Below are positions 27,575 to 35,997 of a stretch of DNA of 64,000 bases, one piece after another; positions within the stretch are counted from its first letter, which is position 1; the number at the start of each line of letters is the position of its first letter. The position numbers were made by a program, and so were the translations under genes. Source of the stretch: Candidatus Woesearchaeota archaeon (GTDB taxonomy: Archaea; Nanobdellota; Nanobdellia; SCGC-AAA011-G17; JAGVXY01). The notes under the pieces were generated by a model, which was given only the letters and a program-made list of their open reading frames with translations, made no database searches and was not told where the DNA came from. The stretch covers positions 24,350 through 88,349 of the forward strand of contig JAGVXY010000009.1 in NCBI GenBank assembly GCA_018303545.1, written 5' to 3'.

Positions 27575-27813
27575 TACAGCTTCAGCTCTTTCTTTATTTT
27601 ATCTAACGTTACAGTTTTTCCCTCTTTTATTTCTTTTTCGGACTGGGCTATATTTTTCTTTGTTTCTTCAGATAACTCCATGGTATCTTCAAGAAGATCC
27701 CAAATTACTTCTTCATAACTTTCCTTTTCATACATTTTTCTGTCTCTTAATGTATCCATCAATTTTTCACTTATTTGTATTGTTGTAGCCATAGCCATTA
27801 TATAACCCACCAT
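27574..27813 (-). CDS. Antitoxin partner of the RelE-like toxin
   Basis: 79-aa acidic helical protein directly upstream. The stop abuts the toxin start by 1 nt. Confidence 0.55.
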   Translation of the reverse strand: MVGYIMAMATTIQISEKLMDTLRDRKMYEKESYEEVIWDLLEDTMELSEETKKNIAQSEKEIKEGKTVTLDKIKKELKL

Positions 27814-28149
27814 AGTATTTAAAATTTTCTAAAAAAAATAGCTTCGTTAGAAGCTATCCATAACTTTTTCTAAGTAGCTCACAGGTTTGATATCTGTAAT
27901 GCTAACTTTGTGAATAATCCACTTTCCATCATCGCTCTTTCTTATAGTTGTTTCTACTATTGGTTGTTTATTTAATTCCTCGATTTTCTTTTCTCTTAGT
28001 TCTATCATTTTTCAAGCCTCCTTTGAAAATTTATTTAATTGAAACTCAAGGTCTTAAAATAAGTTTGTTAAAAAAAATAGTTGCTATTTTTACTATTTGC
28101 GTAAATCTTTCAGAAACATTTTTAAAGATAGGCAAGAATTTTTAATTTA

Positions 28150-28692
28150 ATGATAGATAAAAACGAGTTTAAAGACATTAAAACAGAATTAGAAAACCTG
28201 GAAGTGCAGAGAGAGAAGACTATCCAAACTTCAAGAGAAATAATCAAGCTTTCAAAACTTATCATATATAGTATACATAGAAACAATACGAGTAACACAG
28301 AATCACTAATCCAAGAGATTAAATCAAAAATAAAATCAATAAAAAACAATGAGCCTACAGCATCAGTGGCAAAGCAAGAATACGTCGAAGCAATAACTTA
28401 TTATGAAATTATAAAAAATAAAAAACTTCCAACAAGAAAAGATTTGGAGGTTAATACTGAAGATTACCTTTTGGGATTAGCCGATCTTACAGGTGAACTG
28501 GTAAGAAAGGCAGTTAATGAAGCAATAAATAATAATTTTGATGAAGTCCAAAAACTTAAAAATATTGTAGAAAATTTATATGGTGAATTCCTGCAGTTCA
28601 ACCCTCGTTCTTCCCACTTGAGAAAAAAAATAGATTCAGTAAGATGGAATCTCCAGAAGCTTGAAGAATTGCTTCTTAAAAGGATAATCTAA
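28150..28692 (+). CDS. Translin-family-like protein
   Basis: EDYLLGLADLTGELVRKAV matches the translin DYLLGLADLTGEL core. All-helical, 180 aa. Confidence 0.5.
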   Translation: MIDKNEFKDIKTELENLEVQREKTIQTSREIIKLSKLIIYSIHRNNTSNTESLIQEIKSKIKSIKNNEPTASVAKQEYVEAITYYEIIKNKKLPTRKDLEVNTEDYLLGLADLTGELVRKAVNEAINNNFDEVQKLKNIVENLYGEFLQFNPRSSHLRKKIDSVRWNLQKLEELLLKRII

Positions 28693-28733
28693 CCGATAAA
28701 TATATAAATAAACCCTAGCTTAAATACAATAAA

Positions 28734-29009
28734 ATGATAGAACTAGGCGGAAATATAAGGCTGGAAGGCTTTGAAGACGCAGAGAAGGGGAGTTTGGTCA
28801 TTATAAAGAAAATAGTAGGAAATTATGTAAGAAATATGCAGCAAAATCACAAGTTCAAAAGCTTGGAATTAATGATGAAAAATAAGGTCAATTTCAGCGC
28901 AAAACTGGAATTAGAAAACAAGAAAATAGAATCAAAGATAGAGAATAAAAACGTCTTTTTTGGCCTCAATGGGGTATTGAAAGACGTTTCGGAGCAATTG
29001 GGTGAATAA
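28734..29009 (+). CDS. Hypothetical protein upstream of rpl21e
   Basis: ORF only. Confidence 0.3.
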   Translation: MIELGGNIRLEGFEDAEKGSLVIIKKIVGNYVRNMQQNHKFKSLELMMKNKVNFSAKLELENKKIESKIENKNVFFGLNGVLKDVSEQLGE

Positions 29010-29011
29010 AC

Positions 29012-29302
29012 ATGGCAGGCAGACTAGGCGGAATGAGAAGGAAGACAAGGGCTCTTATGAGGAAGAATGTAAGGGCAAAAGGAAAGATTTCAATAAAGAA
29101 TTATCTGCAGAAATTTCAGACGGGCGAAAAGGTCTATCTTATTGCAGATTCTTCAGTTCATGAAGGAATGTTTTTTCCAAGATATCACAATAAATCAGGT
29201 GAAGTCATAGGTAAGAAGGGTACTTGCTACGAAGTCATGATTCATGATGGAAGTGTGAAAAAAATAATGATTGTTCATCCTGTCCATTTAAAGAGAGTAT
29301 AA
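29012..29302 (+). CDS. rpl21e: Ribosomal protein L21e
   Basis: GMRRKTRALMRKNVRAKGKISIKNYLQKFQTGEKV...HEGMFFPRYHNKSGEV. Confidence 0.9.
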   Translation: MAGRLGGMRRKTRALMRKNVRAKGKISIKNYLQKFQTGEKVYLIADSSVHEGMFFPRYHNKSGEVIGKKGTCYEVMIHDGSVKKIMIVHPVHLKRV

Positions 29303-29303
29303 A

Positions 29304-29636
29304 ATGTCAGACATAAAAATATTGGAAGAAAGACCAATTTCAATGGTTGAAGTGAAGAGTGCTTTAGATAAGTCTAAAAAAGACAATGAATTAAATTTCA
29401 GGGCTTTGAAGGCTTCAGAATATATGAATGCATTCGTAAAATTAAAACCTAAAGAATACAAAGAACTTTATGATAAAATAGAAGCCTTGGCGATACCAAG
29501 ACTTAAAGACAAGCATATAATTAAGATATTGGACATAATGCCTCAAGAAATAGAATCAATGAAAGCATTGTTCATAAATGATACCGTTACAGTAAAACAA
29601 GACGATCTTAAGAGGATACTTGAGGCCTTAAAGTGA
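29304..29636 (+). CDS. rpoF: DNA-directed RNA polymerase subunit F (Rpo4)
   Basis: About 110 aa, ILEERPISMVEVKSALDK start. Canonical position between L21e and DUF655. Confidence 0.65.
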   Translation: MSDIKILEERPISMVEVKSALDKSKKDNELNFRALKASEYMNAFVKLKPKEYKELYDKIEALAIPRLKDKHIIKILDIMPQEIESMKALFINDTVTVKQDDLKRILEALK

Positions 29637-29645
29637 AATTCAAAG

Positions 29646-30215
29646 ATGAACCAAATAAATCCTGCACCGCGCGAAGAATTCGCGATTGTACTGGACTTCC
29701 TTCCGAACGGTTATCCATTCGGAGTGCGAGGAGAATTCCAGAGAAAGTTTCCAGTAGCTCAAGGCATCGGAAAAATTCGTTTTGGACTTCTAGAATTAGC
29801 GCCTAAAAAAGGTATTTCATTACAGCCTGGTCAGGAAGTTTATCTCGGCGAAGGCAAAAGGGACGAAATACATCACATAATCGGCAAATTATCTTATTCC
29901 CGATTGACAGAAACAGCAAAGACGGAAGTTAAATTCATACTTGAAAAATTAATCAAAGAGAATGAGCAGAGATTTATCAAATTTTTCAATGAGGCTGGTC
30001 CAATAAATATGAGGAGACATTACCTAGAATTATTGCCAGGTGTAGGAAAAAAACACATGTGGGAAATCATAGAGCAAAGGAAGGAAAAACCATTTGAGAA
30101 TTTTGAAGACATTAAAAGCAGAGTTAAACTCCTCCCAGATCCTGAAAAATTAGTAATGAAAAGAATAATCAGTGAATTCGAAGAAAATGATAACTATCAT
30201 ATTTTTACCTCATAA
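29646..30215 (+). CDS. DUF655 archaeal RNA-binding protein (HhH)
   Basis: FAIVLDFLPNGYPFG...YLELLPGVGKKHMWEIIEQRK (HhH). Conserved archaeal neighbour of rpoF. Confidence 0.75.
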   Translation: MNQINPAPREEFAIVLDFLPNGYPFGVRGEFQRKFPVAQGIGKIRFGLLELAPKKGISLQPGQEVYLGEGKRDEIHHIIGKLSYSRLTETAKTEVKFILEKLIKENEQRFIKFFNEAGPINMRRHYLELLPGVGKKHMWEIIEQRKEKPFENFEDIKSRVKLLPDPEKLVMKRIISEFEENDNYHIFTS

Positions 30216-30256
30216 AAACGATAGGTTTTTAAAGGGTAAATAGTTTTTAAGCTAAG

Positions 30257-30730
30257 ATGGCAGAAAACACCAAATTCAAAGGTTTGGTGCGTATCGTTGA
30301 CACGAACGTACCGGGAGAAAAAAACCTAGTACAAGCCTTAATAAAAATAAAAGGCGTAGGTTCGATTTACGCGAACGCAGTAATTAGGACAGCAAAATTA
30401 AATCCTCTCGGAAAAATAGGTGATCTTTCTGACGAACAGATAAAACATTTAGAAGGTATAATAAAAAATCCACTAAATCATAACATACCTTCATTCATTC
30501 TTAACAGAAAAAAAGATCCAGAAACTGGTTCTGATAAGCATCTTCTTACCACAGATATTACCTTCATTAAAGATTTTGATATTAAAACTATGAAGCGAAT
30601 AAAAAGTTACAGGGGCATGCGTCATGCTTATGGTCAGCCATGCAGAGGTCAGAAAACGAGATCCCACTTTAGAACAGGAAGTTCAGTAGGAGTAAAAAGA
30701 AAAGCCAATCCGGGCAAAGCAGGGAAGTAA
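30257..30730 (+). CDS. rps13: Ribosomal protein S13 (uS13)
   Basis: VRIVDTNVPGEKNLVQALIKIKGVG...YRGMRHAYGQPCRGQKTRS. Confidence 0.95.
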   Translation: MAENTKFKGLVRIVDTNVPGEKNLVQALIKIKGVGSIYANAVIRTAKLNPLGKIGDLSDEQIKHLEGIIKNPLNHNIPSFILNRKKDPETGSDKHLLTTDITFIKDFDIKTMKRIKSYRGMRHAYGQPCRGQKTRSHFRTGSSVGVKRKANPGKAGK

Positions 30731-30735
30731 AATAA

Positions 30736-31344
30736 ATGGGTGATCCAAAACAAACAAGGAAAAAGTACGCAACTCCAAGTCATCCTTGGAACCGAGAACG
30801 CATTGAAGAAGAGCGCGTCATCAAGAGAGATTATGGTCTAAAAAATAAAAAAGAAATCTGGAAGATGCAGAGCATTTTAAGCAGATCAAAAGATCAAGCA
30901 AAAAGATTGATTCCTCAAATTTCCGCTCAGGCGAAAAAAGAAGAAAAGGATTTAATTCAAAGATTGCATAAGATGGGCTTGATTTCAGCAACTGCAAAAT
31001 TGGAAGACGTTTTAGGTTTAACTGCAAAAGATGTCATGGAACGAAGATTGCAAACAATTGTTTTCAAGAAAGGTCTTGCTCGTTCAGTCATTCAATCTCG
31101 TCAATTTATATCTCATGGTCATGTATTTGTAAATAACCGTAAAGTCACAGTTCCTTCTTATATCGTTCTTAAAGGCGAAGAAAATTCAATTTCATTCGAT
31201 CCCGCTTCTGCATTGGCAAGTCCAGAGCATCCCGAACGAGTTGTTGAAAAAGTAGAAAAACCGAAAATAATAACTGCTGAACAAATAGTCGCAGAAGAGC
31301 ACAATCTTGAAGAAGAGATTAAAGAGGGGGAAATAATCCAATGA
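30736..31344 (+). CDS. rps4: Ribosomal protein S4 (uS4)
   Basis: [18 protein letters not shown]-terminus and S4 domain. Confidence 0.95.
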   Translation: MGDPKQTRKKYATPSHPWNRERIEEERVIKRDYGLKNKKEIWKMQSILSRSKDQAKRLIPQISAQAKKEEKDLIQRLHKMGLISATAKLEDVLGLTAKDVMERRLQTIVFKKGLARSVIQSRQFISHGHVFVNNRKVTVPSYIVLKGEENSISFDPASALASPEHPERVVEKVEKPKIITAEQIVAEEHNLEEEIKEGEIIQ

Positions 31345-31748
31345 TCAGAGAAGCGCCTAAAAAATTAAGATGGGGTATTGCGCACATTTATTCTTCATAT
31401 AATGATACAATAATTCATATTACTGATATTACTGGTTCAGAAACTCTTGCGCGAGCAAGTGGAGGCATGGTAGTCAAAGCTCACAGACTGGAATCCAGTC
31501 CTACTGCCGCAATGACTGCAGCAAAAAAAGCCGCTGAAGAAGCAATAGAAAAAGGAATCAGTGCATTGCACATCAGAATAAAAGCGCCAGGTGGTCACAA
31601 TGGTCCTAACAATCCAGGTCCAGGTGCGCAGGCAGCAGTAAGAGCATTATCTAGGATGGGATTGAGAATAGGCACCATTGAAGATGTTACAACTGTTCCT
31701 CATGACGGCTGTAAGAAAAAGGGCGGCAGAAGAGGGAGGAGAGTATAA
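31341..31748 (+). CDS. rps11: Ribosomal protein S11 (uS11)
   Basis: [19 protein letters not shown]...[12 protein letters not shown]. Confidence 0.95.
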   Translation: MIREAPKKLRWGIAHIYSSYNDTIIHITDITGSETLARASGGMVVKAHRLESSPTAAMTAAKKAAEEAIEKGISALHIRIKAPGGHNGPNNPGPGAQAAVRALSRMGLRIGTIEDVTTVPHDGCKKKGGRRGRRV

Positions 31749-32537
31749 ATGGAAGTCAAAACTTCTTCATTAAAGGTAAAGAATAAATCACGTTTCTTAA
31801 TTAAAGGAATAAATAATGCATATGCCAACACAATAAGAAGATTAATCACTGCAGAAACGCCTGTCATGGCAATTGATGAAGTTGAAATAATCTGCAACGA
31901 TTCTGCATTATATGATGAAATACTTGCTCATCGTTTGGGTCTTGTGCCATTTACCACTGATCTTAAATCTTATGTTTTGAAAGAAGATTGCAAGTGCAAG
32001 GGTGAAGGCTGTGCTCAGTGTACATTAAAGATGACTTTGAAAAAATCTGGTCCGTGTAATGTTTACACTTCCGATATCAAAACTCAAGATCCTAAAGTAA
32101 AACCCGTCTTCCCAAAGATGCTGTTAACAAAACTATTAGAGGGCCAAAATATAGAATTTATTGCAATCGCTCGTTTAGGCATAGGCAAAGAGCACGCAAA
32201 ATTCATTCCAGGTTTATGTTTTTATCAAGGCTATCCTGAATTTAAGATTGAAAAAGGCAAATTTGAAAATGATGTTTGTGCAAAAGTATGCCCCAAGAAA
32301 ATCCTTGTTGTAAAAAATAAAAATCTTTCAGTAACAGATGAAGAAAAATGTGATTTGTGCGGGGCATGTCATGATTGCTGCCCAGAATTCGTACAAGTTC
32401 ATGGTTCATCTGAAGATTTCATATTCACAATAGAGCCATGGGGTCAGCTCGATGAAAAAGAAATGCTTGTTACAGCTATAGAAGGATTTAATAAAAAATT
32501 AAAAAGTTTAGCGGATGATATTAAGGATCTAAAATGA
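31749..32537 (+). CDS. rpoD: DNA-directed RNA polymerase subunit D (Rpo3) with 4Fe-4S insertion
   Basis: ANTIRRLITAETPVMAIDEVEI and ferredoxin-like CDLCGACHDCCPE. Confidence 0.9.
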   Translation: MEVKTSSLKVKNKSRFLIKGINNAYANTIRRLITAETPVMAIDEVEIICNDSALYDEILAHRLGLVPFTTDLKSYVLKEDCKCKGEGCAQCTLKMTLKKSGPCNVYTSDIKTQDPKVKPVFPKMLLTKLLEGQNIEFIAIARLGIGKEHAKFIPGLCFYQGYPEFKIEKGKFENDVCAKVCPKKILVVKNKNLSVTDEEKCDLCGACHDCCPEFVQVHGSSEDFIFTIEPWGQLDEKEMLVTAIEGFNKKLKSLADDIKDLK

Positions 32538-32866
32538 AAACAGACATACAAAAAAGATATCTTGTAAAGGAGCTTCGCAAAATGAAAGTTCCTCTCTGGA
32601 CCAGAGTAGCTGAAGAACTCGAAAGGCCTACAAGAAATATGCGCTCTGTTAATTTGTCCAAGATATCCGAGCATGCAGGCAAGGAAATAATATTGGTGCC
32701 AGGCAAAGTATTGGCAACAGGAAGCTTAGATAAAAAAGTAACAATAGCGGCCTTCAAGTTTTCAATGGCTGCATTGAATAAAATAAAAAGTTCCGGCAAA
32801 GCAATGTCCTTGAAAGAATTGATGAAATCAAACCCTGCAGGAAAAGGAATAAAGATTATTGGTTAA
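32534..32866 (+). CDS. rpl18e: Ribosomal protein L18e
   Basis: 110 aa. Position between rpoD and rpl13. KRYLVKELRKMKVPLWTRVAEEL. Confidence 0.85.
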   Translation: MKTDIQKRYLVKELRKMKVPLWTRVAEELERPTRNMRSVNLSKISEHAGKEIILVPGKVLATGSLDKKVTIAAFKFSMAALNKIKSSGKAMSLKELMKSNPAGKGIKIIG

Positions 32867-32871
32867 AAAAA

Positions 32872-33294
32872 ATGGAATATACCTTGATTATCAACGGCGA
32901 AGGTTTAGTTATGGGTCGCTTAGCAGCCACAGTAGCTAAAAAGTTATTAAATGGAGAGTCAGTTGCAATAGTCAATTGTGAAAAAGTAATTATCACAGGA
33001 AATAAGGAAGCAACTTATGAGAAATATTTCGCGCACACTCATAGGGGCAGAACAACTAGGGGTCCTTACTTCCCAAGAAGATCAGATTTATTTTTAAAAA
33101 GAATAATTCGTGGAATGCTTCCAAACAAAAGAACTAGGGGCAGAAACGCATTAAGAAATATTCGCTGCTTCATTGGTGTTCCAATTGAATTAGAAGGCAA
33201 GGAACAGATAACTATAAAAGAAGCAAAGAAAGAAATTATATCCAATTACATCACGATACATAATTTAACAAAACTATTGGGAGCAAAGGCATAA
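32872..33294 (+). CDS. rpl13: Ribosomal protein L13 (uL13)
   Basis: LVMGRLAATVAKKLLNGESVAIVNCEKVIITG. Confidence 0.95.
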   Translation: MEYTLIINGEGLVMGRLAATVAKKLLNGESVAIVNCEKVIITGNKEATYEKYFAHTHRGRTTRGPYFPRRSDLFLKRIIRGMLPNKRTRGRNALRNIRCFIGVPIELEGKEQITIKEAKKEIISNYITIHNLTKLLGAKA

Positions 33295-33295
33295 A

Positions 33296-33700
33296 ATGGC
33301 AAAATCAGTTGTTCACGTTTCAGGAAAAAGAAAATCTGCAATCGCAAGAGCAACTCTTGTAGAGGGCAAAGGAAGCGTAAGAATAAATGGTCAGAAGCTG
33401 GATACATTTGGAAATTCTCTTGCTCGTGACCGCATTATAGAACCATTGATGATTGCAGGGGATTTTTCAAAGAAAATCGATATTTCTGTTAATGTTTATG
33501 GCGGAGGCTGGCAGGGCCAAGCTGAAGCTTCAAGATTAGTTGTTGCCAAGGGATTAGTAGAATTCACGGGCAGCAAGAAATTAAAGCAGGACTTTTTAGA
33601 TTATGACAGGCATCTTTTAGTTGCTGACGTCAGAAGAAAAGAACCAAGAAAACCAAACGATTCCAAAGCAAGAGCTAACCGTCAGAAGTCGTACAGATAA
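33296..33700 (+). CDS. rps9: Ribosomal protein S9 (uS9)
   Basis: GKRKSAIARATLVEGKGSVRING...ANRQKSYR C-terminus. Confidence 0.95.
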   Translation: MAKSVVHVSGKRKSAIARATLVEGKGSVRINGQKLDTFGNSLARDRIIEPLMIAGDFSKKIDISVNVYGGGWQGQAEASRLVVAKGLVEFTGSKKLKQDFLDYDRHLLVADVRRKEPRKPNDSKARANRQKSYR

Positions 33701-33743
33701 AACGAAAGCTTTAAAAATTTCTTTCTTATTTTTATAGTTAAAC

Positions 33744-33817
33744 GGGCCCATAGCTTAGCTTGGTTGAGCAACTGACTCTTAATCAGTAGGTCAAGGGTTC
33801 AAATCCCTTTGGGCCCG
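33744..33817 (+). tRNA. tRNA-Lys (anticodon CTT)
   Basis: Hand-folded. Acceptor GGGCCCA/TGGGCCC, D-arm with GG, anticodon stem ACTGA/TCAGT, loop CTCTTAA, T-arm AAGGG-TTCAAAT-CCCTT, followed by an oligo-T terminator. Confidence 0.85.
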
Positions 33818-33964
33818 CTTTTTTAGCAATATCTTCAGATTCGTATCTTCCAAGTTTGAAAGGAAAAAAATATTTAGAATTTGTATTCTCGATGTAGTTA
33901 GAAATTTAATAAGAATACCCTCTCTTTTTTATTTGTGCAAAAAATTATATTCTTTTTTATAAAT

Positions 33965-34555
33965 CTAACGCCTTAAATAGGTTATTACTTCTCTAAAACC
34001 TGCCTTCATAAGCAAGGTTTTATCTTTGTTTGCGGGAATATATGTGAACTGCCTATTGTAAGCAATTATTTCTGGCCCATAAGTCATATTGAATGAAAGC
34101 AAATTAATAGAATCCTTCTTGAAGACTAATCTATCTCGTGCGGACACGGCAAAATTAGCTGCTCCAAGAAATAAAGCAATATCTTCTGGATGAAAATGGC
34201 ATATGCCCTGGTATTTTCCCCTACAAGGAAAAAGTTTAACAGTTGATCTAAATCCCTCTCCAATAAGGCCCAGTTTTTTGCCTGTTCCAATATCTAAAAT
34301 ATTGTTAATTTGAACATAATGCTTAAAGCTCTGCTCCTGCAGCAAAGTACCCCATTCTATCTTGCTTTTTTCAGCGGTTTTTTGTAGAATTCCCTCTAAT
34401 CCAAATAAATCCGTAATCTGTACATATTCTGCAAATTCATATCTGCATTCTTCTTTATATTTTTGTATAAGCTGAATTTCTCTGTTAAGTCTGTATACAG
34501 AACAAACTCGAATAGAATTAAAAAGTATACCCAGCATATAACTCAATGGGTCCAT
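33965..34555 (-). CDS. Hypothetical protein (196 aa), last gene of the nucleotidyltransferase-module operon
   Basis: ORF only. Contains CHFHPED...SARD, but the spacing does not fit the JAB HxHx7Sx2D motif. Confidence 0.35.
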   Translation of the reverse strand: MDPLSYMLGILFNSIRVCSVYRLNREIQLIQKYKEECRYEFAEYVQITDLFGLEGILQKTAEKSKIEWGTLLQEQSFKHYVQINNILDIGTGKKLGLIGEGFRSTVKLFPCRGKYQGICHFHPEDIALFLGAANFAVSARDRLVFKKDSINLLSFNMTYGPEIIAYNRQFTYIPANKDKTLLMKAGFREVITYLRR

Positions 34556-34615
34556 TACACATAAAGCAAATGCATTTAGATTAATAAAATATGCCTATGC
34601 AGGGATTCGAAAACC

Positions 34616-34768
34616 TTATTTGATAATTTTTTTATGCTGGGAGCTCCATATTTTATTTGGAGTCTTTTTGACCCATTCAGCATACATATCAATAAACTTC
34701 AGTCTCTCTTCAAAGTTTTGTTCTTTGGATTTTTTCAGTTTATTCAAATCTATATTTAGATTTTTCAT
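34616..34768 (-). CDS. 50-aa small partner protein of the nucleotidyltransferase-like gene (module copy A)
   Basis: Absent from the ORF track (<60 aa). Hand-translated MKNLNIDLNKLKKSKEQNFEERLKFIDMYAEWVKKTPNKIWSSQHKKIIK. ATGA overlap with the upstream gene. Homologous to 61296..61499 (LKFIDMYAEWVKK vs LEYVEFYAEKLKE). Confidence 0.45.
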   Translation of the reverse strand: MKNLNIDLNKLKKSKEQNFEERLKFIDMYAEWVKKTPNKIWSSQHKKIIK

Positions 34769-35364
34769 TTTATATATTTGTTATATTTTTCTTCTATTTT
34801 AAGCTTTCTATTGAATGAATGCATTTTTTCTAAATTCAATTTGTCTTTGAATATTCTAAACAGATATCTTGCATCTTCTATGTCTTTCTCACTGCCCAAA
34901 AATAGTTTATATGATATCTGCAATTCTAATGGAGAAATATAAGTTAAGTTGCCATTTAATATCACCTTAATTCTCGAATTCAATGCCAATTCCCCTATCC
35001 TGTCTTGGGGAAACTTAATTTCCATATTGGGTAAAAATTCGCCCTTAAATGAGAACCTTATCGCATTGTTATTCAAAAGATATTGTTCGTAGGCAGTTTT
35101 TGCATCTTCGGTATTTAAGCATTCAAATTTCTCATATAATTTTAACCACAAATCTTGAAATCTCGTAAAAGTTAATTTTTCAAATAAAAGATCAATGTCC
35201 TCCGATGATCTGCTGCGCCCGAATAATATCGCAACATAACCTGACACTACAACATATTTAATTCCCAAATCATTCAATATTGACACAAACTCTATTGCAA
35301 ATTCATCTAGGGGACTGAGTTCTTTTTTGAATGCAATCTCATTCTCTGAATAATCTAATTCCAT
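34765..35364 (-). CDS. Pol-beta-superfamily nucleotidyltransferase-like protein with helical C-terminal domain (module copy A)
   Basis: VVVSGYVAILFGRSRSSEDIDLLF (a hG[GS]x9-13DhD-type motif). Clear paralog of 61496..62098 across three blocks. Confidence 0.55.
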   Translation of the reverse strand: MELDYSENEIAFKKELSPLDEFAIEFVSILNDLGIKYVVVSGYVAILFGRSRSSEDIDLLFEKLTFTRFQDLWLKLYEKFECLNTEDAKTAYEQYLLNNNAIRFSFKGEFLPNMEIKFPQDRIGELALNSRIKVILNGNLTYISPLELQISYKLFLGSEKDIEDARYLFRIFKDKLNLEKMHSFNRKLKIEEKYNKYIK

Positions 35365-35429
35365 ACATCTTTTAATATTTCAAAAGCAATTTATAAACCT
35401 TGCGCGACCATTTGGCAAGTGAATAGAAA

Positions 35430-35513
35430 CGCCTAGGCAGGGATTCGAACCCCGAAATCCTTGCGGAAACTGGCTCTCAAGGCCAGCGCACTACCAGGTT
35501 ATGCGACCTAGGC
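35430..35513 (-). tRNA. tRNA-Ser (anticodon TGA)
   Basis: Hand-folded from the reverse complement. Acceptor GCCTAGG/CCTAGGC, anticodon stem CTGGC/GCCAG, loop CTTGAGA, long variable arm, T-arm CGGGG-TTCGAAT-CCCTG. 84 nt. Confidence 0.85.
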
Positions 35514-35542
35514 ACTAAAGTAAATCTCCTCAAATAGAATAT

Positions 35543-35809
35543 TTAAACCTTTTTATTTTCAGCTATTTTGAGTATATCCAATTCTTTCATGCCTTTTGCA
35601 ATCAATCTTTTCTTTCCTTCTTTCGCTATCATTTCAAGCTCTTTTATCAGATCTTCTTTTGAGGGAATGTTAATTTTCTTCAGTATTACACTGTCTTTGC
35701 TTCCTATTACTGCAAACACAGTTCCCTCAACCGCATTAAGCTCGCCCCTTATATCTTGGGGAATTACAATCTGCCCTTTCGATGACATTTTTACCGTTTC
35801 AATATCCAT
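35543..35809 (-). CDS. AbrB/MazE/SpoVT-type DNA-binding protein (antitoxin-like)
   Basis: SSKGQIVIPQDIRGEL swapped-hairpin motif. The likely start is the internal Met at 35809, preceded by GGAGGT 7 nt upstream. Confidence 0.65.
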   Translation of the reverse strand: MDIETVKMSSKGQIVIPQDIRGELNAVEGTVFAVIGSKDSVILKKINIPSKEDLIKELEMIAKEGKKRLIAKGMKELDILKIAENKKV

Positions 35810-35828
35810 TTTAAATACCTCCAACAAT

Positions 35829-35847
35829 CTTACTTTCTTACAGTAAG
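35829..35847. repeat. Inverted repeat cttact-N7-agtaag upstream of the AbrB-like gene (between tRNA-Ser and tnpB)
   Basis: Seen directly. Possible operator, or left-end hairpin of the TnpB element. Confidence 0.3.
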
Positions 35848-35997
35848 ACAATAGAATATTTAAAGCTTTTTATTTTAACCATTTAAGTTTAAAGAACATA
35901 ATGCCTTACAATATGCCACAGTTGAGCAACATTATTAAACAAACCACTTGACAAACGCGCACGATTGGTTTATAATATTACTTTTGCATAAATTCAT

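Noticed and set aside
28734-29009. aEF-1beta or Gar1 identity for the 91-aa ORF upstream of rpl21e
   Set aside because: Its length is compatible, but the FFGLNG segment sits at the extreme C-terminus, unlike the central AFGLKAL motif of aEF-1beta. There is no Gar1-like pattern.
33965-34555. JAB/MPN metalloprotease assignment for the 196-aa protein (HFH...S..D)
   Set aside because: The spacing is HxH-x15-SxxD, not the JAB HxHx7Sx2D. No upstream Glu is in register.
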